DNA of 64,000 nt, from positions 41,044,001 through 41,108,000 of the forward strand of contig NC_043008.1 in the NCBI RefSeq assembly GCF_006345805.1, read 5' to 3'. The stretch comes from Octopus sinensis. Lineage: Eukaryota. Below, in pieces: positions 27,540 to 42,068 of this stretch. Each line of letters starts with the position of its first letter. Within the stretch, counting starts at the first letter, position 1. The position numbers and the translations under genes were made by a program. The notes beneath the pieces were generated by a model that had not been told where the DNA came from, did no database searches, and saw only the letters and a program-made list of their open reading frames with translations.

Positions 27540-27680
27540 TGTATATATGTATGCTTCTGTGTATGTAATGTATGTATATATGTATGTATATATCTTTATG
27601 TCTGTGTGTATGTATATATTTATGTGTATATATATACATATGTGGATCTCGCTCTCTCTCTCAGTGTCACTCTTTCTCTA

Positions 27681-27718
<38 letters not shown>

Positions 27719-27729
27719 ACCACACACAC

Positions 27730-27760
<31 letters not shown>

Positions 27761-27941
27761 TATATATATATATATGTGTGTGTGCGTACGCACAAATATA
27801 TGAAGGTCTATCGATATATATGTATATATTTATATACATATATATACTTATTTGTATGTATGTATATATATATACATATATGCATATATATACTTATTTG
27901 TGTGTATGTATGTATGTATATATATATATATATACATACAT

Positions 27942-27997
<56 letters not shown>

Positions 27998-28344
27998 TTA
28001 TATGCACGTATGTAATCATGCCTACATGAATATATACACAGGTACGTAAATGTACATAGATAAATACATTTCGAAAATACATCGACATAGTCTTATATAG
28101 AAACCTTTGAATTATTTATTCTTATCACATTTTTCAAATCTCTATTTGTCTATCGTACTAATATAGTGGAATGACACACAGAAAGATTTATATTTCTCTT
28201 AAGATTCTAGTGCATCGCTTTTTATTTTCTTATTTACAGTTTCTAAACATTACATGGTTTGTACATTTCCAACACCGAGCATCCAAGCATTGTATCTCAT
28301 AACTTACAAAAGATATAATATATATATATATATTATATATATAT

Positions 28345-28377
<33 letters not shown>

Positions 28378-29092
28378 GTGCACGTATGCATGTATGTATG
28401 TATGATGTAGGTATATCGGCATGAAATTCGAGAAAAAGAACGGATGGTAAATTTAATAAAGATTTCCATTTTGTGAGAAAATATGGAAAGAAATATTTAC
28501 CCAAATCATGCGTCGCTGGTTTATCGTATTAATATACGTTTTTAATAGCTTCTCTCTTATTTTCTTTGTTATATACTGGTGTCCCTTCCGTCTTATGATG
28601 TGTGTGGTAAGAACAGATGAGTCTACATGCGACGCATATACTAATACCTATATTGAATTCCAGAATAATTTGCAAATTCTTCAAGAATTCTTCATTATTG
28701 GAGATGTGCATTGAGAAGATAGCAAAAGGAAAAAAAAATCTACCGGTTCTCTGCGGAGAATATTTTCTTTTTACTACAACGTATTGTTTGCGTATCTTTG
28801 TTCCGAAGATTTTACATACATACATTCATACATACATACATACATACATACATACATACATACACACATACATATATATATGTGTGTGCGTATGTGTGTG
28901 AGTCTGGTGTAAGCACAGATATACATGTATGTATACTCAGACATAAATGTAATTTACATTCTTATAAATATCTAGGTATATTTATAGAAGTATATGCATA
29001 TATGTATATATGTGAATATATGTTTATATATACATGTATGTATACATATATATAATATATATATATATATATATGTGTATGTAAGTATTTAG

Positions 29093-29176
<84 letters not shown>

Positions 29177-29658
29177 CTGTGTGTTTGCGTGTGCACTGTA
29201 TTACAATGTGTTCGCGAATAACCAAGTGGTTTTAATAAGAAAACTTGTCACTATATAGGTTTGGAATGCTGTATTAAGAAGACAACAAATGAGCCTACAG
29301 CATCTATATTAGTTCATTGCACAATGTTTGCCAAAATTTCTTGTGAATGGAGTGAAGAAAGTGAGGAACATATTTAATGTGGTATAAAGAAATAGTAAAA
29401 AAATTTGCTGACTGTTATGTTATGTTTTTCGTCCAACAACAATTGCAGTTCCTGTATCTACACGCTTTCCTGTTTCTACAGTTTCTTTAAGAAAACTTTC
29501 TTGAGATTATAATGATAACACCTGAATATCTCATTAAATGCCTCATGTTGAAAATGTATACATTATTATACACAAATACTTGGATAAACCTCCACACACG
29601 CACACACATATCTACTATGCAAACACATGACTGTGCACAAATATCTATCTACATGTAC

Positions 29659-29715
<57 letters not shown>

Positions 29716-29723
29716 ATATATAT

Positions 29724-29760
<37 letters not shown>

Positions 29761-29892
29761 GTACAGAGAGATAGATAGATAGGCAGATAGATAGATATAT
29801 AGATAGATAGATACCTCTATAAACATATATATAAATGCATACATACTTATACATATATGTATGTATATACGCACTTATATTTATGTATGTGC

Positions 29893-29943
<51 letters not shown>

Positions 29944-29960
29944 CACACACATTTATCTCA
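27540..29960. repeat. Multiple (TA)n/(TATG)n/(CATA)n microsatellite tracts
   Basis: Seen directly; explains the many Y/I/M-rich ORFs. Confidence 0.9.
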
Positions 29961-31051
29961 TTTTTCTGCCTTCCCTTACATATGTAATGAAAATTTAGTT
30001 ACGTATTTTAAAGCAAGCTGAAGATGCGTGTGTCACCACCGTTACTTGTACACACATACAACCCACACCACCATAGCCTCGAACACACACACAACATACG
30101 TGCATGCGCCTATGCAATTGCAGAGTAATCTCTCCTTATACAAGTGTCATATATCTATAAATTTTTAAACTGGTCGAAGTGTTTACTTATGCCTACACAT
30201 TCACAGCACTTTCTCGTTCACCTCTCTCCCTCTGTCTCTGTTTCTCTCTGATTCTCTCAACACACACACACACACATACACACACAAATATATGTTACAT
30301 TTATGTACATGCTATTTCATACAGGATTATTATTTATATGTATTTCCAATAAATTGTGTGGTAAGTTGATAGTGATTTTAATAAAATGACACTATGTCGA
30401 ATGTCATGGAGAACGCCACACTAGCTGCCAAATACGTTATTATTTGTTATAAAGCTGTAACAAGTATGGCGACTGATTTCCAGAGCGCAATATTACTTTA
30501 CAACCCTTGTCAATTTTGATGCATTTCTTGTGTTTAAGTACAGGCGCAACTTTAGTAACCTCTCGAATGAAGAGTTTCCAGTTCATATCAAGTTGCAAGC
30601 ACGACAAAGTGAAGAAGACACGAATGGCATTACGCTGAATATCCTTGGAAGTTTTGTAAATTAAAATCAACAATCTTAACAAGGGATCGTGTATCTAGCG
30701 ACAAAATACAAATATGCAATACGAATATGAGTTAACATGATACCACGTTTCACTATGAAGGACGTATATAATATAATACAAGTTAGTTTAATAGCGCTTC
30801 CTTTCTACTGTATCGGCAAAAGAATCCATACATTTGCATTTAACTATTATATAATTTTATCAAAATTCACTTTCAAATTCGATAAATATCGAATCCAATG
30901 AGCATACTTTCTTTACTATAAGTTCTTAGGAAAATGGAAACTCGGCGTAGAAAGCTTAGTATGACACAACATATGATACGCAATCAATAATAAAATGTAT
31001 GATGTTTCACATAGACACACTTACCACATCTTACATAGAGATTGTATAATA

Positions 31052-32260
31052 TAAGGTTGGCAAAAGTATCCGTTCGGTTTTAGTGTACACTAGACTTCAA
31101 GCACTTTAATAAATAGCCAGCTTCAGCCTGTACCTACGCAAGCGCACTGGTTAGATACGAGATAGTGCATCATAATTCGACATGAATTTTCGAATAACAA
31201 TTTAAATTTTGTGTGCAGAAGAAACTGGAGAATTTCAGGAACATTATTAGCGTGAAGGCGACGGAAATCTGAAGGGAAGTATTAATTCTCTACGGAGTGG
31301 ATACCGCTTCCTCACGTGTGTGCCAGGGGTACTTTTCTGTATTTTCATCGGGAATATTTTCGCTTCAAGGTGGATCTCGCTCTGGGCAGTCAACTGAGAT
31401 TAGCAACGGTAAAATGTAGAAATTCGTTGACACCAATTCTTGCTATACGGCCACCAGTATGATGGTAGACATTTACTAAGTATACGAATCGAGTGATGAA
31501 AGACATTTGCATCAACCTGGTTAGACCAATTGGCTCGGTATTTGGGTCCAACATCCATTTAATTAAGATAACCTCACCAAAAGGTTTTCCATCAGCGATT
31601 CGTTGTTGACAAGTGAAGAAAGAAAACGATAAGTTTTGTAAGAGAATGTTGTCATAAGACAAACAAAAATCGTCTATAACAATGTGAAATGCAAACGAGC
31701 ATGGGGAAGCTGGGTGAACGACTGTAGACATCCTCGAAAACAAGACTTTAACCAAATAATGTTTATGTTTTCAGTTTGGTGTGGCTGAAAGTGTATTGAT
31801 TTTTACGATATTCTTCCTACCGTCAAATTAGATGTGTAGGACCGTCCAATTAGATGTATACTCTGACTAGCTGGACAAATCAAATGCAGTTATCCACCAA
31901 AATCATCCAGTATTTTCTAATGGTAAGGGAATTATCTTTTATCCCAACTTTGCCGATGCAGCAGAAGTTGCGGGAGGTTGACTATGAAGTTTTGCCGCAC
32001 CCTTCATATTCGCCTGATGTTTCACATTTAGATTTCTACCCGTCACAGTTTCTTAATTTTCAATAAATGGATGGACATTCAAGTTCGAAGAGTATATAAA
32101 AATTCACATAGATGTATTTTTCTCCAGTAAAGACAGGAATACTGAATATTCCCACAAGTTGACAGGTTATCCTTAAGCGAAATGATAGTTATGTTTATTC
32201 AATAAATTGTTGAGTCATATTTTTACTTATAAATCCAATTTGCCTTTTTAATCAACCCAG
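31052..32260 (+). mobile_element. Degenerate mariner transposon
   Basis: Remnants of GSRSGQS, WVQHP (WVPHxL) and YEVLPHPSYSPDVSHLDFY (HPPYSPDLAPxD); weak TIR-like ends GGTTG..AAAAG. Confidence 0.85.
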
Positions 32261-32949
32261 TAAATTTCTCGAATCCTACAAATTAATTAATATTCCTTTC
32301 ATCGTCATCCTACCGGAAAACAGTGAAACTTTGCATAACTAAATGTAATATCTTCAATATTTAGTAATAATTACTGACATATCTATCTTTAACTCGTCTA
32401 GGCAAGTTCAAGCGAACATATTCTGGTCGCTTCAGTATAAGTAGTTTCCAACAACATTTTGTTCTACACATTCGGTTCATTGGCATTCAGTATTCTGGAC
32501 ACCGGAACTCTGAGCCTAAGCAAAAACGCCGTTTTTATTTACTCTTTGAGTGAACAAATTGTTTGCTGATCATTGCTTACACCTAGTAACCGATATAATA
32601 CTCGTTATTTGTACAGTATTCAGCAAAATGTGGAAAGTTTATTCGCATGGTTATTCTTAATGCTTTTAGAAATATAGAGATGCAAGTAATGCTTGTCAAT
32701 CTTGTGTCTGTTAGAAGAGGCTAGCTTCTCCCTTTCACGACGGAAATAAAATTGTCAGAAAATATTTAACGATATACCTCAGAAGTAATAGAAAGTTTAA
32801 ATGCAGGCATATATATATATATATATTATATATATATATATATATATAATATATATATATATTATATATATATATATATATATATGATATACATATATAT
32901 TTATTTATTTATATATATGTGTGTATGTGTGAGTCCATGCATGTGTGTG

Positions 32950-33130
32950 CGCGTTGTTTCTGTCTACCCCCACCGGTATATAAGCAGTGTTGGTTTGTTT
33001 ACGTCTCGTAATTTACCAGTTCGGCAAAATAGATCGATACAATAAGTACCGCATTTAAAAGAATAAGTGCAGGAGACAATTTATTCGACAAACCCTTCAA
33101 CAAGATTGTCCTGTGTAGCCGCACTCCACT
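32950..33130 (+). mobile_element. Degenerate SINE family A, 3' half
   Basis: gttggtttgtttacgtc...gttcggcaaaatagatcgatacaataagtacc. Confidence 0.6.
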
Positions 33131-36059
33131 TTAATGGATAAAGCAAAGCTTTCCTTTGCTTAAGTAGAAGACATACGTCATTACAGCAACGTCAATAGTT
33201 TATGCATTATTTTATCAACCCCCGATAGAATAAGCGGTAAATTTAGCCAAAAATGTAATGATTTGGACCAAATACAAAGCAGTTCTTTAAAGCAGTAATG
33301 ATTATGCCACGTCGCCACCTTTCTTTATTATTACCAGCAGGCACTGTTCAAAGGCAAAGGAAAACAACTTCGCATAAACATTACAAAACGCCATTGTAGA
33401 TAGTCAATATCACTTAACAGCGTTTTTCAAGATGAAGGCATTACAGGGATAAAACTTTGAATAGATATAGAATGAATAAATAAATATGTAATAACGCACA
33501 ACAATAAAAAAGTTTTAAAAAAAGATATTGTTTATAAAATATGCTCAAGGAAACAATATACCACCAGTTTTTTGCAAGATGTGAACTTACCACATTTCAT
33601 CGACTGCATTTCGAGCACTTAAAGTGCAGTAAAATGCAGTCTCTCTCTCTTGAGTATTCTATGTAATTTCACCATATTTCCTCACTAAGAAGCATATTTT
33701 CCATTCTGTTTTTCTGCCACAATTTGCTTTGAAAGTCAATAAGTTAATGACATTCTTAATTTCTACGGTGTTCTACCCAGTTGCTCTATGAAAATAATGT
33801 CATACGTTTTATTTCTCACATCAAATGATACTAACAATAATAATAATTGTTTCGTATTGAAGCGCAAAGCCTGAGATATGTCATAGAGTGTTAATCGATG
33901 TCATTGAGGCCACAGCACTTGACCGGGTGCGAGACGAGGAAAGGTGGAATAGCTCGCCACGAAATTTAAACCTACCCCACACGATCGAAGTATCTGTACA
34001 AACAGGATTATTGTTGAAGAAAACTATAGTGTTCATGAAGAAAAGAAAACCGTAGTGCGGAGACTAAAACCAAAATTATTCCAAAAATATCAGCTACGTT
34101 GTGAATTTTGAAATACTAAAAAGATACAGACAAGCGTAATCGAAACCCCCAGGAATTAGACACATACCAAACACGTTGAAACAAAATTTCCTTGACACTG
34201 CATACATAGTGCGTATATTGTGCTGAATATAATAGAACGCCGCAACAACAAAAAATGCCTTTGTTTGTGTTCCATTCTTTTCGAGAAATGGAAATATCCT
34301 ACCAACTGATTGCTAAGAGAAATTTTTGTAGATATTTTATTTTCTTAAAATTGAAAAAAGTGCAATTTGCTTATTCTTTAATTGGATATCACGTTGCTTT
34401 TTTTAATACATTTGAATTTGCTGTTTCATTATATTTTCGTACGTTGCCCGGTGTAAAAAAAATAAATAAGACTAACATCAATTATAATGCTGTATTTTAT
34501 ACCAGTATTTCGGGTTTTTTTCCTCTTATATAATTCCCATTGTTCTGTTCAGTCAGCCGGCACAGTAACAATGTATTTAAGTAATTTTTCTGTCTCTCCT
34601 TATTTGATATAATTATAGCAAACATAACTCAAATTCCATTTTCTTTAGTGTAACTCACTTTCTCTTAATATCCGAGATAACTACATCGCCTTCCACTTTC
34701 TATCATAAATGGCTGCAGTATGTTTAGTTTCTCGGTAGATTTATATTTTCAGTAACTAATTCCTACGTGGGTTATTGGAATATTATGGTTCGTCTCTGCT
34801 TCTCAGGACTGAACCGAATGGAGAACAAATGCGTTGAGCATTTAGTTATTTACTTTAGTGACATACGCATAAAAATTTACAATAGGCATCTCATCGCACT
34901 CGTAAGATAAATAAATGTATTTGTTAGTTTACAATTTTATAGAAAAATCATGCATATGGCATCGGGAAATATAACTGTTTACACATGTTCACACCTGTAG
35001 AACAACGATCCTGTTTTACAAAAAATACTGAACTGCAGACATTTCTGTTTGCGTTTGTCTATTTCCTAGCTCTATTTTCCTTCAGTATCACGTTTTGTGA
35101 AATGTCTTGACAATACTACACGCATATTCCTCAATACAATTTCAGTTCATTTTATATCTGCTTCATAATTTTCAAGACGTAAATAATTTTGGAGTAAATG
35201 CAGGATGGTAATTTACTATATTTTGTTATATTTCATATTTCACAATACCATATTTTTTTTTAATTAGCGAAAAATCACAGCAGAAGTCAATAAAAACGGT
35301 TGTGCATTTGAGGAAATAAATCTCAATATCTTGGTGTATATTAACGTTGTACAAAATGTGTTATGTTTTTATTTACGTTCCGTCACCGTATAAGTTTCTA
35401 TTTTGTTTATTGTTAACTTTACCTGTAACAGTATTTCATAAAACTACCGGTAGATGCGCTATGTCTTGTACCAATATTTGAAAACATTATTTAGATTTGT
35501 CTCTCTGGTGTTATATTTAATATGAAATAGAGTTAATAAATATACGTGCCAATATTTTCTTTAATATAATATACATAGATAGATTACTAGTGTCTGGGAA
35601 TGGATTACCTTTGCGATATTACATGCAATGATTTACAAGTACTTGTATACAGTTAGCGTGTTGCGTATCGACATTACTTTGTAACCATAAATACTCTACT
35701 GAGGCATTCATAAGATCCTTCAGAAGGTTTGACTATCAGAATATGGGTAGTATATGAGCAGCAAAATTGACAGTTCGTATCGCACTATCGGCCAAAACTC
35801 GATTTAATGACAAGTAAATGGCCCCGCACAGCAATAGAGTTCTCTAGAGATTGTACCTGTCTGTTGTTCAGCTCTGTCATTATGACTCTCTTTCTCGTTA
35901 TCTTTCGAACATTTTTCTGTAAGGATATGTGAATGCGTAAATAGAGCTAAAATTAACCACTTTTGTATCACAAGCCGCCGAAGCCGCCGAAATGTCTGCT
36001 TCTAGAAGCTAATTGAGCAAAACTTGGATGTTTTTATAGCATAATGCTTATCAAAAATC

Positions 36060-36292
36060 TGAGCGTTTCGTTGTGCTCTTGAGTAAAAGCATTTCATTTC
36101 ACGTTGCTCTGCGATCATTTCGTCATCTGATATGTAGCACTTGTTGCTCATGTACAGGTACCGTCGATTTGATGGACGGAGTGAGCTTTATGTGTGCGCA
36201 AACATTTGAACATTATAAACAAATTGTCCGTCTGGTTGTTCGATAAGAAATTGCCGAACCCTCATGCGTCGTTTAACGACGGGAGATTCCTT
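36060..36292 (+). mobile_element. Degenerate SINE related to family C, with a different 3' body
   Basis: gttgtgctcttgagtaaaagcatttcatttcacgttgctc core. Confidence 0.5.
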
Positions 36293-36557
36293 CATATATA
36301 TATATGTGTATATATATATATATATATATGTAATTAATCAATATAGGGTAGCAAAAATTCAATAGAAATTTTTTCGCCACCAGCGGTCTAGTGAGAAAGA
36401 GAAAATAGTCATAGACTATATATATAAATTCAACAACAATTGAGGAATGGCCTTAATAGGCCATTCGACCCACTAGAAAGAGCAGCCAGGACTCAAACCG
36501 CCAAGTAGTAGTAATTCAGAAATTAAAGGAAAATTTAAAAACATTTACCCTAATTCA

Positions 36558-36661
36558 TCTTTAGACAATGCATTGTTTCGGTGTTTTTAATGGCAAACCA
36601 GCTTAATTAAATTAAATTAAACTAAGTCAATCTACCAAAGTCTGCACCTCATCGGTTAAGA
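36558..36661 (-). ncRNA. Mirror copy of the variant hammerhead motif
   Basis: Reverse complement of 36739-36842 with one change in stem I and one in stem II. Confidence 0.55.
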
Positions 36662-36738
36662 AGCCAGGAGAGACAGATATACACGAGGCAGCTGTATCTA
36701 TGCCCTAGGAATATCTGCCCTAAAATTTTCTCCTGGCT

Positions 36739-36842
36739 TCTTTACCGATGAGGTGTAGCCTTTGGTAGATTGACTTAGTTTAATTTAATTTAATTAAGCT
36801 GGTTTGCCATTAAAAACACCGAAACAATGCATTGTCTAAAGA
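36739..36842 (+). ncRNA. Type I hammerhead-like motif with variant CCGATGA core and long stem II loop
   Basis: TCTTTA-CCGATGA-GGTGT(59 nt)ACACC-GAAA-CAATGCATTG-TC-TAAAGA; all three stems pair and the cleavage triplet is GUC. Confidence 0.65.
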
Positions 36843-38232
36843 TGAATTAGGGTAAATGTTTTTAAATTTTCCTTTAATTTCTGAATTACTACTACTTGGC
36901 GGTATGAGTCCTGGCTGCTCTTTCTAGTGGGTCGAATGGCCTATTAAGGCCATTCCTCAATTGTTGTTGACTTTATATATATATATATATTCCCATAGAG
37001 ATTATTCCCATATAGAATCTTGTTGAGGGTTTCTTTGTTATCGGCTGAACTTTGTAATAGTTAGTTATTTTCATTTCTTTCCCTAGTCTTAACATTGCTT
37101 TAATTTGATAGAGTATTATTCAATATTTCAAACGAGTAACAGTAGATTTCTTGATTTTTAAACCACTCTGTATATAATGTAACGAGAAAAAATAACAGAA
37201 AGCAAAAATCATTACTGCTCTGTTTTCGCCACCTAAGGAAAAACTGAAACTGTTTTAACACGATAAATGAAGTCAATTTTGAGAATTCAATCAATGAAGA
37301 GACTCCCTTGTGATAAAATAATTTAATCATGATTCATGAGCCCTCAGATTCAAACTCAAAAGTCATTAGCGAGTTTACGTTATCTTAATCTTAAATTAAA
37401 TTAATGAAGATATGCTATTCATAGTAATGAAATTATTTTAGTAATGATTAAAGCAAATTCTGTTTGTAACATTAGTCGGTTGCGATGGCGTAGAGGTATT
37501 TTCTTACACAGAAATGTGACGATGTAATTTGAGATGACAATTCGAAGTTTAGCAACCTCTCCAAACCAGAAAATGAAAATGCCTTACCGGAAAACTATTT
37601 TTACGAACTTTGATTAAGAAAGGTTGCACGATTTACCTATTTTCAACAAGAGATACAAATTACTTCATGGATGATTTGATTTTGAATCTAGCAACGCTTT
37701 GTAGACAATTAAATGGAGAAAACCATACCTAAGCTAAATCGCTAACTTGCTTAGCAGAGGCATATACGAACGGCAGTCCTTTGAAGGTTATAAACATGAG
37801 ACTCTGTGTGCGTCGTTGATGAAAAGTGGCGAAGATGAAACACATATCTAACCATATTATAATATTATTCACTACTCAGCTTGGTTTTACAAACATTCTC
37901 AAGAAGAAATACTCTTCCAAGACAAGTAGGCGAAATAACAACGATACGCCGACATGTTAATTTCAAATGTATACAGCATTATACTTGCAGTTACATATAT
38001 TTTCTTGTGTGTGTGTGTGTGTGTGCGTATGTGTGTGTGCGTATGTGTGTGTGAGTGTGTGTGTGTGTGAGTGTGTGTGAGAGTGTGTGTGCGTGTGTTC
38101 CCCAAGCAAATTTTAAGTGGTCATAACCTTGTATTTTTATATATTTATAGATTGATAAATAGATAAATATATCTGTACGTATATGAATATATATATCATA
38201 TATATACATGCATAGTCATATGTATGTATACG

Positions 38233-38288
<56 letters not shown>

Positions 38289-38339
38289 ATGTAAATACAC
38301 ACACACATATATATGTATACATACATGCATATATGGATA

Positions 38340-38510
38340 CAGGATATAAAAAAACGTTGAACACTATCAGAAACTGAAAAAAAAAACATAGAAAACTAAC
38401 TGTTTTTCGAAAAACGAAAAAAACAGAGAAACAACACAATCAACATAAAGGTCATTCCCCTTCATGAGTTGTCCCTGTTTCATCACCTCCGCATTCGAAG
38501 GCAATGACAG
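38340..38510. repeat. Unclassified dispersed repeat (second copy at 39925-40110)
   Basis: Shared aaaaacgttgaa...cagagaaa...ttccccttcat(c/g)agttgtccctgtttca...ttcgaaggcaa. Confidence 0.6.
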
Positions 38511-38974
38511 TACGCGACTTGTTTGAAACAGTCCTTCCCGCAAAGTAAATTAAATAAAATTTGTGATTTTTGCGGACGCTGAAAGTGGTAACAAAAACAG
38601 GACAGTGAGAACAAGACATCAAAAACAAACGGTGAGGGCTGTTAAGCTAAGACAATAGAAAATTATTATGAACGTTAGGAAGACGAACATATGCGAGGAG
38701 ACAGGTATACGCACGTGTTGTCTTTAGGAAGGATATGGGCAGATGAGAGATTCAGGGTAGAAGAGTGAGAGAGAGGTAACGGTAAAGTGGAGAAGAGAAG
38801 AATAGGGAAGGGTGGGACAGAAAACCAAAAAGGATGAAGAACAAGAGTAGGAGAGAGATAGACAAAGAAGAGATAGTAGAGATAGAAGAGTGTGCACCGT
38901 AATTATTAAGATAAAACTTACTTGGAAATGTATGCGTGGCGCTCGATCATAAAATAATATAAATAATATATAAT

Positions 38975-39860
38975 AGGCGCAGGAGTGGCTGTGTGTTAAG
39001 TAGCTTGCTAACTAACCACATGGTTCCGGGTTCGGTCCCACTGCGTGGCATCTTGGGCAAGTGTCTTCTACTATAGCCTCGGGCCAACCAAAGCCTTGTG
39101 AGTGGATTTGGTAGGAGGAAACTGAAAGAAGCGCGTCGTATATATGTATATATATATATCTTTACTCTTTTACTTGTTTCAGTCATTTGACTGCGGCCAT
39201 GCTGGAGCACCGCCTTTAGTCGAGCAAATCGACCCCGGGACTTATTCTTTGTAAGCCCAGTACTTATTCTATCGGTCTCTTTGCCGAACCACTAAGTGAC
39301 GGGGACGTAAACACACCAGCATCGGTTGTCAAGCAATGCTAGGGGTATAAACACAGACACACAAACACACACATATATATATATATACAAATACATATAT
39401 ACGACAGGCTTCTTTCAGCTTCTGTCTACCAAATCCACTCACAAGGCATTGGTCGGCCCGGGGCTGTAGCAGAAGACACTTGCCTAAGATGCCACGGAGT
39501 GGGACTGAACCCGGAACCATGTGGTTGGTTAGCAAGCCACTTACCACAGAACCACTCCTGCGCCTACAGCACATGCTAACACAACACCTACAATCAATGC
39601 ACACCACACAAACAAAAGGTTGAACGACATTGATAAATATATATGTATGTGTGTGTGTGTTTGTGTGTCTGTGTTTGTCCCCCCCAGCATTTCTTGACAA
39701 CCGATGCTGGTGTGTTTACGTCCCCGTCACTTAGCGGTGCGGCAAAAGAAACCGATAGAATAAGTACTGGGCTTACAAAGAATAAGTCCCGGGGTCGAGT
39801 TGCTTTGACTAAAAGGCGGCCGCAGTCAAATGACTGAAACAAGTAAAAGAGTAAAATAGT
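38975..39860 (+). mobile_element. SINE family A split into 5' half (38975-39145) and 3' half (39630-39860) by an antisense copy
   Basis: The two halves flank the minus-strand SINE at the central (TA)n tract. Confidence 0.85.
39161..39565 (-). mobile_element. SINE family A, full length, nested
   Basis: Reverse complement matches 8222-8630. Confidence 0.92.
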
Positions 39861-40163
39861 AAAATATGTGCATCTATACATACATATATGTACATACTTA
39901 CATATATATGTATGTATAGATGCATATATGGGCACAGGACATCACAAAAACGTTGAATACAATGAGAAACGAAAACATAAAAACAAAATCATAAAAAGCC
40001 AAATTTTTCCGAACAAAGAAAAAAACAGAGAAAGAAGACAATATAAAGAATATTCCCCTTCATCAGTTGTCCCTGTTTCACCTACTCCGAAAATTCGAAG
40101 GCAAGGACAATACTCCACATGCATCTATTTATAAATTATTTATATTATTATATAATTACACAC

Positions 40164-40216
<53 letters not shown>

Positions 40217-40254
40217 ATATATAATATATATATGCTCACTAAGTTTTAACGCTC

Positions 40255-40690
40255 TAGTTCACTTCCGCTGTTTACAGCATTGCTTCGAATTAAAGTGTGT
40301 AATGTGTGAACGTTGCATTGACCATAACAGAGAAAGTTGTGATGGCGATACCTGCTGAGAGTCCTATGTAAAGTTGCAGAAGATGTACGAAGAGGGATGT
40401 ATAAGCCGCGCACAAGTGTACGAGATTTTCAGATATTTCCAAGATGGCTTCAAAAATGTCGAAATGTTGATGTTGACGAATGTTCTGGGAGACCGGTAAC
40501 CAGCAGAACCGAGACTGACATCGCACGTATGCGTACAGCTGTGAGGAGAATTCGTATAATCACCATTTGTGAGTTATCCGAAGATGTGCAGATAAATTAC
40601 GGTTCAGTTCAGTCCATTATCCCTGACGCTTTGGGTATGAGAATTTGCCAAGTTTCTGCCAATACTGCTCTCAGCTGACCAAAAAAGACA
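40255..40690 (+). mobile_element. Mariner transposase 5' fragment (HTH region)
   Basis: YVKLQKMYEEGCISRAQVYE.F..FQDG...DECSGRPVTSRT...TICELSEDVQINYGSVQSII...LGMR..AKF. Confidence 0.85.
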
Positions 40691-40744
40691 CCAGGGTTTC
40701 AGTTGCACAATATATCCTTGATTGTATCGATGTATGTACGAATA

Positions 40745-41105
40745 TCTATGTGTCTGCATTTGACCGACTCCACCTCCGCCATCGCTTGACAACCGATGTT
40801 GGTGTGTTTATGTTATGTCGCACGTTCGGATGACTGCAACACAACTCTACTCTCTCCTCGACGTCTAGGCTTCTCCCTCCGTATCTACGCATTGGGCTAG
40901 CCTACTTCATCGTCTGGGAGCGACCACACAACAGATTATGTTCCCATAACTTAACAGTTCGCCAAAAAGGACCGGTAGAATAAGTCCTAGGCTTCCAAAG
41001 AATAAGTCTGGGGTCGATTTTCTAGACTAAAGCCCTCTAAGACGGTGCACCAGCATGGATGTAGTCAAACGACTGAAACTAGTAAAAGGAAAAAGAATAA
41101 AAGAA
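40745..41105 (+). mobile_element. SINE family A, 3' half, interrupted at about 40815-40945
   Basis: gcttgacaaccgatgttggtgtgttta and aagaataagtctggggtcgat...cagcatgg...gactgaaac. Confidence 0.7.
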
Positions 41106-41154
41106 TATAATTGAAGAATGAAAGATATTATACATCCCAATACGGCTGCCTTTT

Positions 41155-41560
41155 GTTTCTGTCATTCTTATTGTTATCAATAGCGGTGTTACGTTCTGAG
41201 TTAAAATACTGCCGAGGCCGACTTTGCCTTCATGCTTTCGGGATCGATAAATTAAGTACCATTTGCGTACTGGGGTCTAGTTTATTGACCGGCTCCCTCT
41301 CACCAAATTTCGAGCCCTGTGCCTGGAGTAGAAAATATCATTATTGTTATCAAATAAGGCGGTGAGCTGGCAGATTCGTTAACACGCTGGACAAAATGCT
41401 TAGGTTTATTTCGCCTGCTGCTACATTTTGAGTTCAAATTCCACCGAAGTTGACTTTGCCTGTCATCATTTCGGGGTTGATAAATTAAGTACCAGTGAAA
41501 CACAGGTATCGATATAATTGACTAGACCCCTCCTCACATATTTTGGACTTTGTGTATTAT
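41155..41560 (+). mobile_element. Two tandem SINE family B copies (41155-41340 and 41358-41560)
   Basis: ggcggtgagctggcagattcgttaacacg head, gagttcaaattcc, ggggttgataaattaagtacc. Confidence 0.8.
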
Positions 41561-42006
41561 TATATTTATCAATACACACACACACACACACACATACACA
41601 CACATACACACACACATATGCATATATATATGTTGAAAATAATAAAGAGGATGGAGATTTGTACAGCCACAATGTGTATTTTATAACTATATTCAGTATT
41701 AATATATAGTATTATATGTTGTACATAACTATAAAATATACTTTGTGGACGTGCAAGTCTTCATACTCATTATTTTTAATTTTAATATTAATATATGCTC
41801 CAGGCAACCTGTGCAGTCAAGCGTAAATCACATGGAATACCCATAAGAAGATTTCACGGAGTGACTAGCAACTAACTCTAGGCACAGATGTTGTATGCTG
41901 ATGGTTGTAGGTAGCCGTCAACAGGAACTCAACTGATAGTATATCCCTCCAAACGAACTATTCGATAAAATCCTATATTGATTTTATCCTTATATTTTAC
42001 TTACAA

Positions 42007-42068
<62 letters not shown>

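Larger units (their letters stand above)
36417..36982. repeat. About 570-bp palindrome (arms ~255 bp, ~98% identical, 57-nt spacer) flanked by TA tracts
   Basis: Arm 36417-36671 is the reverse complement of 36729-36982 with about 5 mismatches. Confidence 0.97.

Noticed and set aside
30540-30665. Open frame RNFSNLSNEEFPVHIKLQARQ... after an AG
   Set aside because: No convincing donor site and no recognisable homology.
40045-40085. Minus-strand GAAAC...CTGATGA in the unclassified repeat
   Set aside because: Spacing leaves no room for stems I and III, and the second copy at 38460 lacks the core.
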